DNA of 64,000 nucleotides from positions 1 through 64,000 of the forward strand of contig JAUCBJ010000896.1 in assembly GCA_032718475.1 (NCBI GenBank). Direction: 5' to 3'. The translations under genes and the position numbers were made by a program. Numbering within the stretch: the first letter of the stretch is position 1; each line of letters starts with the position of its first letter. The notes beneath the pieces are model-generated. The model saw nothing but the letters and a program-made list of their open reading frames with translations, was not told where the DNA came from and did not search any database. Of the stretch, positions 13,001 through 26,456 are shown piece by piece. The DNA is from Nemertoderma westbladi. Its lineage: Eukaryota > Animalia > Xenacoelomorpha.

Positions 13001-16000
13001 AAAATTTCAGGGTACTTTTAAAGGCTAGTTTTTTCGCCTATCAAAAAACCCCAAATCTGCCTCACACAAGTAAAATAGCCCACTATGAATAGACCATCTC
13101 AGCTAAGGAAAATCTTTCTTAGCGAAAGTAGTTGATTTTCCTTAGCTTCGTGGATTTGATCTATGTAAGAAAGAAAACTAACCCGGATCCAAATTACTGA
13201 TTGAGAGTCTAAATTCTGGAACTGACCCTTTCTGTGAGATTCATGATAGAATTCGTCGAAAACCAGCATCGTCGACAAAATTTCATACTTACCGGCAATT
13301 AATAAATATACAATTAAAACCACATGTACTGTAGTCCCAACGTAAAGTTTACATACCGGACTTTGTTAGGATATGGTTCATAAGAATACGCGTTATGTCA
13401 CACGACCTCCGAATTGAAAAGGGTAGATGGAGCAGAACCCCTACCACCGAGAACAGAGTGTGTCAGTGTGACAAGACGTCATTACAAACCGAGGACCATG
13501 TTCTGACCAATTGTACGAGAAAGGCATTTCCTAAAGGAAATGCAACCACGAAGCTAAGGAAAATTAAACAAACGGCCACACTTTGGTTCGTTGCTTGCTT
13601 AGCCTCGTTTAGTAGCAATTGTCAATAATTAACTTCTATTCCCATGGAAACTAGAGTTCGCTGGAACTGTTGCTTTAACCTTTGAAAAAAAATTCAGTAC
13701 AGATTGTGGTTCAGATAACACATGTACTGAGTTTTAGAAAATATTGTAGTTTATGTCCAAATTACCGATTTTCTATCAAAATGCATCTGTTTGTAGTGGT
13801 TGTCATGGAAACTGAAAAATAGAACAATGTAATTCGGATGCAGAATAAGTCATATAGTGGGGGTAGGTGTTGGTCCCAAGTCATAATACTATTAACTTGT
13901 GCTTCAAATTATCATTTTATAAATTTTAATATCTGTTTAGTCTTGTTGCTATGGTGACTGGAATTTCTAATTAACCTCGAACGGCTTGGATATGAACCTT
14001 ATAGTTGAGTTGAGAAACCCCAAGTTTATATCTATTGCGGTTTTTCTACAAATAGAGTTATGAATATAGACTTGAATGATATAATCTGTAATAAACTCCA
14101 GTTACCACGGTAACTAGATATTTCTGGAATGTTTTGAGTTTCACTAAAAGTTCCAACTAGTGGTCCAGATAACACATACCCAGTTTTGTAAAATTTTATC
14201 GTGAAGTCTATGTCCAAATGAATAAGTTTTGAATAAAAACATCTGTTTTCAGCGGTTGTCATGGTAACTGAAAAATAGAACAATGTAATTCGGATGCAGA
14301 ATAAGTTATATAGTGGGGGTAGGGGTTGGTCCCAAGTCATAACACCTTGCCCTTAGGCTTCAAATTAACATTTTATAAATTTTAACATCTGTTTATCCCG
14401 GTTGCCAAGGTAACTGGATTTTCTATTTAGCCTCAATCGGATCTGCTATGGACCTTATAGTTGTGTTGCGAAACCCCAAGTTTATATCTATTATAGTTTT
14501 CCTACAAATAGAGTTATAAATATTGACTTGAAATACATAGACTTTTTTTGAAGTCCGTTGCCATGGAAACCAGATTTTTCCTGGATATGAGACCCGGCCC
14601 AAAAGATGCGCCTCGTCGAGTAGTATATACATGCAAAATTTCAGGGTACTTTTAAAGGCTAGTTTTTTCGCCTATCAAAAAACCCCAAATCTGCCTCACA
14701 CAAGTAAAATAGCCCACTATGAATAGACCATCTCAGCTAAGGAAAATCTTTCTTAGCGAAAGTAGTTGATTTTCCTTAGCTTCGTGGATACTAGAAAGGA
14801 TTTCCTAAAGGAAATGCAACCACGAAGCTAAGGAAAATTAAACAAACGGCCACACTTTCGTTCATTGCTTAGCCTAGTTTATTAGTACTAGAAAGGCATT
14901 TCCTAAAGGAAATGCAACCACGAAGCTAAGGAAAATTAAACAAACGGCCACACTTTGGTTCGTTGCTTAGCCTCGTTTAGTAGCATTTGCCAATAATTAA
15001 CTTATATTCCCATGGAAACTAGAGTTCTCTGGAACTGTTGGTTTTACCTTTGAAAAAAGATTCAGTAAAGATTGTGGTTCAGACAACACATACCAAGTTT
15101 CAGAAAATATTGTAGTTTATGTCCAAATTACCGATTTTCTATTAAAATGCAACTGTTTGCAGTGGTTGTCATGGAAACTGAAAAATAGAACAATGTAATT
15201 CGGATGCAGTCATATAATGGGGGTAGGTCTTGGTCCCAAGTCATAATACTATTAACTTGTGCTTCAATAATTATAATTTTATAAATTTTAACATCTGTTT
15301 AGTCTTGTTACTATGGTAACTGGATTGTGTAATTAACGTGGAACGGCTTGTATATGGATGGACCTTATAGATGTGTTGCAAAACCCCAAATTTATATATA
15401 TTACATTATTTTGCTACAAATAGAGTATTGAATTTAGACTTGAATGATATAGACTTTAATAAACTCCAGTCACCATGGTAACTAGATATTTCTGGAATGT
15501 TTTCAGTTTCACCAAAAGTCCCAACTAGTGGTCCAGATAACACATACCCAGTTTCGTAAAATTTTATCGTGAAGTCTATGTCCAAATGAGTAATTTTTGC
15601 ATAAAAACATCTGTTTTCAGCGGTTGTCATGGTAACTGCAAAATAGAACAATCTAATTCGGACGCAGAATAATTTATATAGTGGGGGTAGGGGTTGGTCC
15701 CAAGTCATAACACCTTGCCCTTAGGCTTCAAATTAACATTTTATAAATTTTAACATCTGTTTAGCCTGGTTGCCAAGGTAACTGGATTTTCTATTTAGCT
15801 TCAATCGGCTCTGCTATGGACCTTATAGTTGTGTTGCGAAACCCCAAGTTTATATCTATTATAGTTTTCCTACAAATAGAGTTATAAATATTGACTTGAA
15901 ATACATAGACTTTTTTTGAAGTCCGTTGCCATGGAAACCAGATTTTTCCTGGATATGAGACCCGGCCCAAAAGATGCGCCTCGTCGAGTAGTATATACAT

Positions 16001-17780
16001 GCAAAATTTCAGGGTACTTTTAAAGGCTAGTTTTTTCACCTGTCAAAAAAAACCAAATCTGCCTCACACAAGTAAAATAGCCCACTATGAATAGACCATC
16101 TCAGCTAAGGAAAATCTTTCTTAGCGAAAGTAGTTGATTTTCCTTAGCTTCGTGGATAAACTTGGGGTTTCTCAACTCAACTATAAGGTCCGCAGCAGAG
16201 CCGATTGAGGTTGAATAGAAAATCCAGTTACCTTGGCAACCGGGCTAAACAGATGTTAAAATTTATAAAATGTTAATTTGAAGCCTAAGGTTAATGAGTT
16301 ATTACTTGGGACCAACCCCTACTAGAAAGGCATTTCCTAAAGGAAATGCAACCACGAAGCTAAGGAAAATTAAACAAACGGCCACACTTTCGTTCGTTGC
16401 TTATAGCCTAGTTTAGTAGCATTTGCCAATAATTTACTTCTATTCCCATGGAAACTAAAGTTCTCTGGAACTGTTGGTTTTACCTTTGAAAAAACATTCA
16501 GTCCAGATTGTGGTTCAGATAACACATACCAAGTTTCAGAAAATATTGTAGTTTATGTCCAAATTACCAATTTTCTATCAAAATGCATCTGTTTGCAGTG
16601 GTTGTCATGGAAACAGAAAAATAGAACAATGTAATTCGTATGCAGAATAAGTGATATAGTGGTAGTAGGTGTTGGTCCCAAGTCATAATACTATTAACTA
16701 GTGCTTCAAATTATCATTTTATAAATTTTAACATCTGTTTAGTCTTGTTACTATGGTAGCTGGATTTTCAAATTAACCTCGAACGGCTTGTATGTATATG
16801 GACCTTATAGATGAGTTGCAAAACCCCAAGTTTATATATATTACATTATTTTGCTACAAATAGAGTTATGAATATAGACTTGAATAATATAGACTTTAAT
16901 AAACTACAGTTACCATGGTAACTAGATATTTCTGGAATGTTTTGAGTTTTACTAAAAGTTCCAACTAGTGGTCCAGATAACACATACCCAGTTTTGTAAA
17001 ATTTTATCGCGAATTCTATGTCCAAATGAATAATTTTTGTATAAAAACATATGTTTTCTGCGGTTGTCATGGTAACTGAAAAATATAACAATGTAATTCG
17101 GATGCAGAATAAGTTATATAGTGGGGGTAGGGGTTGGTCCCAAGTCATAACAACTTGCCCTTAGGCTTCAAATTATCATTTTGTAAATTTTAACATCTGT
17201 TTAGCCCGGTTGCCAAGGTAACTGGATTTTCTATTTAGCCTCAATCGGATCTGCTATTGACCTTATAGTTGTGTTGCGAAACCCCAAGTTTATATCTATT
17301 ATAGTTTTCCTACAAATAGAGTTATAAATATTGACTTGAAATACATAGACTTTTTTTGAAGTCCGTTGCCATGGAAACCAGATTTTTCCTGGATATGAGA
17401 CCCGGCCCAAAAGATGCGCCTCGTCGAGTAGTATATACATGGAAAATTTCAGGGTACTTTTAAAGGCTAGTTTTTTCCCCGGTCAAAAAAACCAAATCTG
17501 CTCCATACAAGTAAAATAGCCCACTATGAATAGACCATCTCAGCTAAGGAAAATCTTTCTTAGCGAAAGTAGTTGATTTTCCTTAACTTCGTGGATTATC
17601 TGAACCTGTACGTGTTAAGTATGGCGCTGATATAAATGTTGGAACTTTAGAAAACATTCGGCTGTAATAATGATAAGTTACATACTTTATGTTGTTATAT
17701 TAGGGACGTATTACAGATATACCGCTAAAAATAGCTTTAGTTTATGTAGATTTAATTCACGTTTTCTCCTTCGTTGATTG

Positions 17781-18205
17781 TGCAAATAATATAAAGATTA
17801 TTAATATGATATGTAATTAATATTCGCTCAAAATTCGCTCACTACTACTGTACTACTGTACTAGGTACACTGTACTACTACTGTACTACTACTGTACTAC
17901 TGTACTACTACTGTACTACTGTACTACTACTGTACTACTGTACTACTACTGTACTACTACTGTACTACTGTACTACTACTGTACTACTGTACTACTCTAC
18001 TACTACTGTACTACTACTGTACTACTGTACTACTGTACTACTGTACTACTACTGTACTACTGTACTACTACTGTACAACTGTACTACTGTACTACTACTG
18101 TACTACTGTACTACTGTACTACTGTACTACACTGTACTACTGTACTACTGTACTACTACTGTACTAAGGTACTACAACTGTACTACTGTACTAATGTACT
18201 GCTAT
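17781..18205. repeat. Simple repeat (ACTGTACT/ACT)n
   Basis: Direct reading. Confidence 0.95.
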
Positions 18206-18215
18206 CGTGATCAGA

Positions 18216-19288
18216 GGGTTTGAAAACTTAACAGTTTGAAATTTTTTCTACTTAAAGTACTTTTCGTTCTGGGGCACCATAATGGAACCAAAAATGATGT
18301 TTGCATTTCCAGAAAATATTTTTGAAATAGTGTTGTCGTGACCAGCGTCCTAGAAAAACCTTATACCATCAAAATTTTATTGAACGGAACCGCTTCCGCT
18401 TTGCAGGATATTTGCTGATCAATTTGATTATTTTTGAAAATTTGGTGCCCGCACAACAATTTTTACCCACCGGCGAAAAATACAAGTTTGAAAACTCTTA
18501 TGAAATTTTTACTGATTCCATTGAATTCAGAACCCTCACAAACCCGTATAACGCAAGAAACACGGTGACACAATCAATTGATATTTTTGATGGATTTCAA
18601 ATTTTGTGCTAGCACCACATTTTGCACCCACTTCCGAAAAATACAAGTTTGAGATGTCTAGTTTGATAATTATATATTCCATTGAATTCAAAATAGCCAT
18701 AAACCTCTAAAACGAAAGAAATAAATTGTCACAAAGAATTTTATCTTTTGAATGGATTTTCAAAATTTCGTGCTTGCACCCTAACTTGCACACAGCACCG
18801 AAAAATACAAGTTTGATACGCTTGGTGCAACTTGTATATATTCCATCGAAACCAGAACCCCAAAAATTCCAAATTGCGTAAAAAATAAGTTTCAAACGAT
18901 CAATTTACAAAATTGACATATTTCAAAATTTCGTGCTGGCACAAAAATTTGGCACCCGCCGAAAAAAACAAGTTTTAAATTTCTAAATCAATTTATATAT
19001 GAATTCCATCCAATTGCTAACACCAAAAATCCGGTGTAAAAAAAATAGAGATGTTACAAATCACATTTAATGAACTGTAATTTTCAAAAAACGTCTCAAA
19101 AAAAGTGCCAAAAGTAGGGTTAAAAAATGGTGCTATAACTCGAATTGACTGAAAACGGTTTTCACTACTAGAAAGACAATATATTTTTAGGGAAAATCAT
19201 AAAATTTCAGATTCCCAACTGCGTTTGTTTCAGAATTAAAACAAAAAACAATGACCCCCCCCCCCCCCCTCCCCGGGGTTTAATAGGG
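18216..19288. mobile_element. Probable non-autonomous TTAA-type (piggyBac-like) DNA transposon remnant, one end only
   Basis: Internal degenerate repeats (CCGAAAAATACAAGTTTGA, ATTCCATTGAATT); ends TAATAGGG followed by TTAA. Other terminus not found. Confidence 0.4.
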
Positions 19289-19709
19289 TTAAAAGACACT
19301 GGCCTTGAAAATGCGGATGATCTAGCAAATGTCATGGTTGATAAGGTGTTGTGGCTGCGCAATTTTGTCGACAAGCCGGCACAGCATTCTTATGTAATAT
19401 ATATATATATATATATGATGCAACTGCAATGTAGCATGCCGATCGTAGTAAAGTAATAGTAATAGTGGCTGCGACACTGGTTTCAGGGATTCTATATAAG
19501 AGAAATAACTGGCCCACTAAATTTCATTTAAATAAAAATAACTTTATTTAACATAATATGCAACATGTTTTTATTTGTTAATATAATTGTCAGCTCGACT
19601 GACATACCCGATGAAATGAAATTAAAAACTGGCCCACTAAATTTAGGGGCTTTGCAGCAGCTTGGCGGGTCGTATCTATAGTTGGTCATGACGTTGTTGT
19701 AAAACTTGG

Positions 19710-19998
19710 CGGAAGCCAGGCGCCACGCAGTCTGTCTGTGACCATTAATCATAAGAATGTAATTTAAAGTGATAAATTAACATACAATGGTATCTATACT
19801 AAGGTTAGTTACTAATAATTGTTCAATAATAGGTCTTAATACTTGCCGCCTTTGATTTCCTTTGAGACTATATTGATTGCATAAAGCTCTCTGATGTCAG
19901 AGTCAGCTCCTTTCCTATCGCAGTAAATCCAACAGGCGTCTGCGGCGACAAAGAATGGAAGCTGTACCTCATCTAGTGTGGGTTGGATGTTTCCTTAA
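19710..19998. repeat. Dispersed ~285-bp repeat; diverged second copy at 52509-52786
   Basis: Shared GGAAGCCAGGCG...TTAATCATAAGAATGTAATTTAAAGTGATAA...GTGTGGGTTGGATGTTTCCTTAA. Confidence 0.8.
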
Positions 19999-20074
19999 CA
20001 ATTTGCGTACTAAAGATAAATTACATAAATTTTTACTTCCAATGACCAAGAAAATATATTTGACCAAAGAGGAT

Positions 20075-20300
20075 GTAGAGACATTACCCCGCGCCCGGGA
20101 AGAGACGTGACCCCGTGCCCGTGTAGAGATGTGACCCCGCGCCCGTTTAGAGACGTGACCCTGCACCCGAGTAGAGATGTGACACATCACCCCGTGCCCA
20201 TGTAGAAGCGTGACCCGGCGCCCTTGTAAAGACGTGACCCCGCGCCCGGGTAGAGACGTGACACATAACCCCGTGCCCATGTAGAAGCGTGACCCCGTGT
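20075..20300. repeat. GC-rich minisatellite, first block
   Basis: Units GTAGA(A/G)(G/A)CGTGAC(ACATCAC)CCCG(C/T)GCCC of about 22 or 29 bp. Confidence 0.9.
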
Positions 20301-20991
20301 GTTATAAATAGTATTACATTTTATTAACAAATAATTTCGAAAAGTTGTATGATACTTTTATGCAAGGTGGCTATGTAGACACCTACAGAAAGTTTCAGAC
20401 TAATTGCTCAAAAATTGTAGAAGTAGTAGGGTTTTGAAGTTGACATTTTCTTTAAAAAAATACTTTGAGATAATCGACATTTCCTTATACATACTAATAG
20501 TAATTTCATTAGGAATCCCTAAATGGAAATTGTTATAACTTGAAAACTAAAAGAGCTATTAAATAGCGGTTTTCAGATTTGAAAAAACCATTCAATGGTG
20601 CATTATAATAGACCATAAAAAAATTCGATACATTTTTGACCAAAATGATGTCCCCCCCCCCCCCCCTTAATTATTAATAATTGTCTGAGAATTGTCTGTG
20701 TCGCAATGTAAGGCATTGATGCTACGCCTTGTTTTTATCCCCTTTTTATCCTATGAAAATGGTTTTATCATGAGGTTTTTTGTTATAGAATAAATATTTG
20801 ACCTTCTGACTGTAAGTACTGTAGCTAACAATTTTGTGTGTGAGCTAGTAGCCTACATGTTATTAGATTGTAAAAAAATTAAAATTATACTTTTCTCATC
20901 AATTAAATTTCTCTGAAATAATTTATGAAACATAGCTAGTAATTTGTATTTGATAATAGGATTGCTAGTAATCATTTGCTACTATAGCTAG

Positions 20992-22165
20992 TTTTTTTTT
21001 ATAATTTAATTTATTAATTCAAAAATATTGGTACAGTAAAAACAAGGTACAAAGTTTCACATATGCATAATAATGGTATTACGAAGATATTACGCACGAT
21101 TAATTAAGATTGCTGTAATAATATAAACTTTTAGAGTTCGCTCTACACGATATTAGATAGTACTGCGTCGCAGTACCGCTCGCCACAGAGTCTACAACAG
21201 CAACTACTAGAGGCTGCGTGAAAACGCCCTGTCGAGCAAATATGGTGATGGTATCCGTGCATTGCTAAACGTGAGAGAATTTGTCGAGACTTTTGGTTGG
21301 AGTTCGCCCAACTTCGATCAGAGTGGAGTCCTAAAGACCAAAATTCACTTTGGATGTCATCGAGTTTTTCATTAATATTACTGTGTGATATTAAACTCTG
21401 TTGTGAGTGGAAGATTTAACTTGTCCACCAACTCCAGTGCCAACGGAGGTTCCTGAGCCAATGCGTAGACTAGGCGATTTTTACTAAATTTTGAAACTGA
21501 TAGAGTCTTCTTCAGATAGACTGTTTTAATTTTATCTAAAGTTTCCATATCACTGGATTTCAGATGGGGCCATATTACTCGTAAACCACTTGTTATGACC
21601 GGTACAATCTTAATAGAAAATAAGCACATCGCTGTCGATACTGACAATAAGTGCGGATCGTGTATGGAATGGATTGATTTTAAACATTTACAAGTGACTG
21701 CAACACAATGTTTGGTAAACGATAAGGACGGTTGAAAAATCATTCCAAGATAATTGTAGTTATTTACTATTTTGACTAGTTTTCCATTTAAGTAAAATTT
21801 ATCGTTCAGACACAACTTCCCACCTCGTCGAAACTTCATAATAGCAGTTTTATCCAAATTAACTTCAATACCATATGCTTGTGTCCAATCCCAAAGGGCG
21901 TCTAATGCGGCTTGAATTTCTTCTCTAGTATGGCCGTAAAATAAAAGGTCATCAGCAAACAGCAATATTACAACTTTGCCTACTTTCCGTACTGCTTCTC
22001 TAACAAAACCAAAAATATCAGAAATAAAAATCACAAACAATAAAGGACTGAGCCATTCACCCTGTGCCAATCCCCGTATCTGGGCTAAAATCTTAGATAA
22101 CCGCAGTCCATCATAAATTCTAATAAAATTTGTTTACAAAATGGCTTTAATTATTCTGTAGAGGC
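20992..22165 (-). mobile_element. 5'-truncated LINE (RT C-terminal half, ORF 21378-22070) with poly(A) tail
   Basis: QGEWLSPLLF, LLFADD, VNLDKTAIM, YNYLG RT motifs; AATAAA and an A-run near 20992-21015 on the minus strand. Confidence 0.85.
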
Positions 22166-22319
22166 TTTCTTTAGTTTTTTTTTTACAAAATATACAGAAG
22201 AGATGGCTGTCAAAATACAGTTTGCGGCCTACTATTCACAAATGTAAATTATATACTTTTTTTTATTTTAACAATTTTATTTAATACGGGTATAACGATG
22301 ACGAGACGATAGGGACATG

Positions 22320-24535
22320 ATGCCGCGCCCGGGTAGAGACGTGACACATCACACCGTGCCCGTGTAGAAGCGTCACCCCGCGCCCGGGTAGAGAAGTGAC
22401 ACATCACCCCGTGCCCGTGTAGAAGCGTGATCCCGCGCCCGGGTAGAGACGTGACACATCACCCCGGCCTGTGTAGAAGCGTGACCCCGCGCCTGGGTAG
22501 TAGAGACGTGACACATCCCCCCCGTGCCCATGTAGAAGCGTGATCCTGCGCCCGGGTTGAGACGTGACACATCACCCCATGCCCGTGTAGAAGCGTGACC
22601 CCGCGCCCGGGTAGAGACGTGACACATCACCCCGTGTCCATGTAGAAGCGTGACCCCACGCCCATGTAGAAGCGTGACCCTGCGCCCGTGTAGAGGCGTG
22701 ACCCCGCGCCAGTGTAGAAGCATGACCCTGCGCCCGAGTAGAGACGTGACCCCGCGCCTAGGTAGAGACGTGACACATCACCCAGTGCCTGTGTAGAAGC
22801 GTGACCCCGCACCCGTGTAGAAGCATGACCCTGCGCCCGTGTAGAGACGTGACCCTGCGCCCGGGTAGAAACGTGACACATCACCCCGTGTCCGTGTAGA
22901 AGCGTGACCCCATGCCCAGGTAGAGACGTGACACATCACCCCGTGCCCGTGTAGAAGCGTGACCCCGTGCCCGGGTAGAGACGTAACCCCACGCCCGGGT
23001 AGAGACGTGACACATCACCCCGTGCCCATGTAGAAGCGTAATCCCGCGTCCGGGTAGATACGTGACACATCACCCTGTGCCCGTATAGAAGCGTGACCCC
23101 GCACCCATGTAGAAGCATGACCCTGCGCCCGTGTAGAGACGTGACCCTGCGCCCGGGTAGAAACGTGACACATCACCCCGTGTCCGTGTAGAAGCGTGAC
23201 CCCATGCCCAGGTAGAGACGTGACACATCACCCCGTGCCCGTGTAGAAGCATGACCCTGCGCCCGTGTAGAGACGTAACCCCACGCCCGGGTAGAGACGT
23301 GACACAACACCCCGTGCCCATGTAGAAGCGTGACCCCGTGCCTGGGTAGAGACGTGACACATCACCCCGTGCCCTTGTAGAAGCGTGACCCCATGCCCAG
23401 GTAGAGACGCGACACATCACCCCGTGCCCGTGTAGAAGCGTGACCCCGTGCCCGGGTAGAGACGTGACACATCACCCCGTGTCCGTGTAGAAGCGTGAGC
23501 CCGCGCCCGTGTAGAGACGTGACCCCACGCCCGGGTAGAGACGTGACACATCAGCCCGTGCCCATGTAGAAGCGTAATCCCGCGTCTGGGTAGATACGTG
23601 ACACATCACCCTGTGCCAGTATAGAAGCGTGACCCCGCGCCCGTGTAGAAGCATGACCCTGCGCCCGTGTAGAGATGTGACACTGTGCCCGTGTAGAGAC
23701 GCGACACATCACCCCATGCCCGTTTAGAAGCGTGACCCAGCGCCCGGGTAGAGACGTGACACATCACCCCGTGCCAGTGTAGAAGCGTGACCCAGCGCCC
23801 GGGTAGAGAAGTGACACATCACCCCGTGCCCGTGTAGAAGCATGACCCTGCGCCCGTGTAGAGACGTGACCCGGCACACGGGTAGAGACTCGACACATCA
23901 CCCCATGCCCGTGTAGAAGCGTGACCCCGCGCCAATGTAGAAACGTGACCCTGCGCCCGTGTAGAGACGTGACCCGGCGCCCGGGTAGAGACGTGACACA
24001 TCACCCGGCGCCCGGGTAGAGACGTGACCCCGCGCCCATGTAGAAGCGTGACCCTGCGCCCATGTAGAGGCGTGACCCCGCGCCCGTGTAGAAGCATGAC
24101 CCTGTGCCCGAGTAGAGACGTGACCCCGCGCCTAGTAGAGACATGACACATCACCCAGTGCCCGTGTAGAAGCGTGACCCCGCGCCCGTGTAGAAGCGTG
24201 ACCCTGCGCCTGTGTAGAGACGTGACCCCGCGCCCGGGTAGAGACGTGACACATCACCCTGTGCCTGTGTAGAGACGTAACCCCGCACCCGTGTAGAAGC
24301 GTGACCCTGCGCCCATGTAGAGACGTGACCCCGCGCCGGGTAGAGACGTGACACATCACCCCGTGCCCGTGTAGAAGCGTGAACCTGCGCCCGGGTAGAG
24401 ACGTGACACATCACCCCGTGACTGTGTAGAAGCGTGACCCCGCGCCCATGTAGAAGCGTGACTCTGCGCCCCTGTAGAGACATGACCCAGAGCCCGGGTA
24501 GAGACGTGACACATCACCCCGTGCCCATGTAGAGA
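22320..24535. repeat. GC-rich minisatellite, main block; continues at 52011-52408 after the BEL insertion
   Basis: Same 22/29-bp units; the interrupted unit GT-AGAGA-CGTGAC rejoins across the insertion. Confidence 0.95.
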
Positions 24536-26456
24536 TATTGTGAAGAGACAGTAACAATACCTGCAATATCATACTACAAAGTTTGTGAATCAAATCATAA
24601 TCCGACCTTCTCACCAAAACAGTAAACTCCAAGTAAGCAAATATATTGCAGTATCGGTCTCTTATAACCGGTGAGGCAGAAAACAGTCTACGAACAGACA
24701 AACTTCGATAAAACAAAATCCCGCGCAGCGAATCCTAAAATCAGGCTGACTCACTGACGGACTAAGGGGCTCGTATACTTTGCCGCGGTGTGATTTATAT
24801 GGTTGGGCGAAAAGGACGCTAGCTAGGTGCAGAGATTTGGAGATATCTAACTAGCGGGCAAAGTGCAGTACGGACAAAAGTTAATTTTATATATTTTGAG
24901 GTGTAAATAATTTCTAACGCGCATGTGTTAATTCTGAACAGTCAAGATCAGTTTTGCTCCTTCATATATATAATTACTGGGTACGGTGTGCATTTTACGA
25001 ATATTCTAATTTTGTAACTTGTAGGTCCAATACTCACGAATGATAAGGCTCCTTCCCCTCTTGCGTATTTCCAGGACTCAAATTCAGGCATAAGGTTAAT
25101 ACTACGCCCAGAATTCGGCAATTTTAATTTACCAGGTCCCTAATACTAAGAAGAAATGTGTTAGTTTACTACAGTAGGCGTACTGTTACTAATAGCTAGC
25201 CTGGCGTCCTATCTAGAATTTTGGTTACCTAGGTGGGCTTGGTAACTTCCTATCAGGATGTCGGCGGGGACACGGTAGATGTTAGTATATCCCTAATAGC
25301 CTCAATTTATTTTGCGCCTAGTCGTAAACTGCCCTACCGTCTGAACGGTACAATCCTAATTCAGGTGAAACACAGTAACTCTCCTGGCCTACAAGTTCTA
25401 ATGCAATGGACACCGTTGTACTACAAATAGTCACAGACGCACCTGTACTTAGCAAGAGTTAGGCGTACAGTTTGCTGCACCCTACCAATGTGTATGCTTT
25501 GTACCGGTGTGCCTACGTCCTATCTGCGTACTAGTATCTCTGCCTGAGCTCTCCTCTCCTCTCCCCTGTAGGAATATGAAGGTCTACTGCGGTTTTTTCC
25601 TGAATCAAAACAGTACAGTCCCTAGATGTAATTTTAGGCGTACAGCGTGTCACTACCTCTACCTTCGATCTTTGGTCTTATACTTAGGTAGCAAGGCATC
25701 GAACGCTGTCTAACCTTTCAGGCGATGGGCGAATAACTGAGAGTGATATTGCGGGTTGTCTCCTGTCTACATTCCTTGGATGTTCCCGTTCATTGCTGCG
25801 GCCCGATGTTTAGCCAGCCATCCTGTCCCTCAGTTGAGTTCACCGTGGTGAAGCATAGTAAAACAGATAGAAAAGGGCAGATGTGACAAGTATTTCTAAC
25901 TTTTATTACAAAATCAAACAATAACTATTATACAATAAACAGAATAGATTAAATCGCAAGACTGAGATGTAATAGTGATGTAGTGAATATTGAAGATTGA
26001 GATTGATAACTAATGAACGAAACTGCACCTTTTATACCAAATTTGTGCCGCAATCAATCGAGAAAATTCTCGATTGTTCTATGAGTTCTAACAGAGTTTT
26101 AAAGATAGCCATTGGTCCAGCAAATATATAACTTGTACGACATTGGTTACAATCTAATAACTACAGTCTCATTGGTTAATCTTACTTCGAGCAAATGCAA
26201 TTAATTTGTAGCGGTCAATTTAAATGAGTTGAAATTCTGCACAAAAAACAATTCGCACCTACTAGGATTCGAACTCAATACACACTACATATAATTTCCA
26301 ACGCTCTACCGACTGAGCTACTGAACCACTTGACTAATCATCGTACAAATAGATATAGCAAATACAAATGAGGACTTAATGTAATCTTTAGCAAAGTTAA
26401 TTCGAATAAAATAAAAATTTTGAAAATCCACGGCGTTTAGAGAATATAATTCTATA
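24536..26456 (-). repeat. Family 1 3' LTR (1921 bp, TATAG...CAATA); PPT-like GGAGCGG at 26457-26463
   Basis: Nearly identical to 46961-48881 (offset 22425); boundaries fixed by the TSD and the partial third copy. Confidence 0.9.
26243..26328 (-). promoter_or_regulatory. tRNA-derived Pol III unit in LTR U3 (also near 48668-48753 and 51799-51882)
   Basis: TAGCTCAGTCGGTAGAGCG (A box/D arm), GAGTTCGAATCC (B box), then TTTTTT; no acceptor or anticodon stem. Confidence 0.65.

Larger units (their letters stand above)
4688..13111. repeat. 4217-bp tandem duplication (4688-8894 and 8905-13111)
   Basis: Constant 4217 offset (e.g. ORFs 5932/10149, 6830/11047); few substitutions; 10-bp filler CTGTAATTGT at the junction. 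Confidence 0.9.
4251..17595 (-). mobile_element. Cluster of ~1.27-kb non-autonomous Helitron-like elements: 4251-6317, 6319-7586, 7675-8894, 10046-10534 (partial), 10536-11803, 11892-13154, 13516-14788, 14888-16156, 16322-17595; fragments 14791-14881 and inverted 16157-16321
   Basis: On the minus strand copies start TC and end with hairpin GCATTTCC-TTTA-GGAAATGC plus CTTTCTAG (variants CTCG, CTTG). Insertions fall between A and T without a TSD. Subterminal inverted repeat CCACGAAGCTAAGGAAAA. Confidence 0.8.
3781..17790 (+). pseudogene. Non-LTR retrotransposon (CR1-group, L2/Daphne-like) ORF2 3' part, split into 3781-4250, 7596-7674 (duplicate 11813-11891), 13155-13515 and 17596-~17790
   Basis: CDKYIYLGSLFTQD, MPFYLKLQVFEAAV..SILYASE; the frame rejoins across Helitron insertions (KPLNY/RITVARKKF...FCKV/FDLC); C-terminal SHDLRIEKGRW..RVCQC..QTEDHVLTNC motif typical of LINE ORF2. 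Confidence 0.75.

Noticed and set aside
5932-17440. Repeated 69-102 aa ORFs (MYILL..., MTWGQ...)
   Set aside because: Chance ORFs within non-coding Helitron copies; no domain motifs.
20300-20670. Possible TTAA-GGGG DNA transposon end
   Set aside because: Only one candidate terminus; not enough support.
22373-24483. His/Arg-rich ORFs
   Set aside because: Translations of the minisatellite.
26243-26328. Functional tRNA gene
   Set aside because: Only D- and T-loop motifs; no acceptor or anticodon stem.
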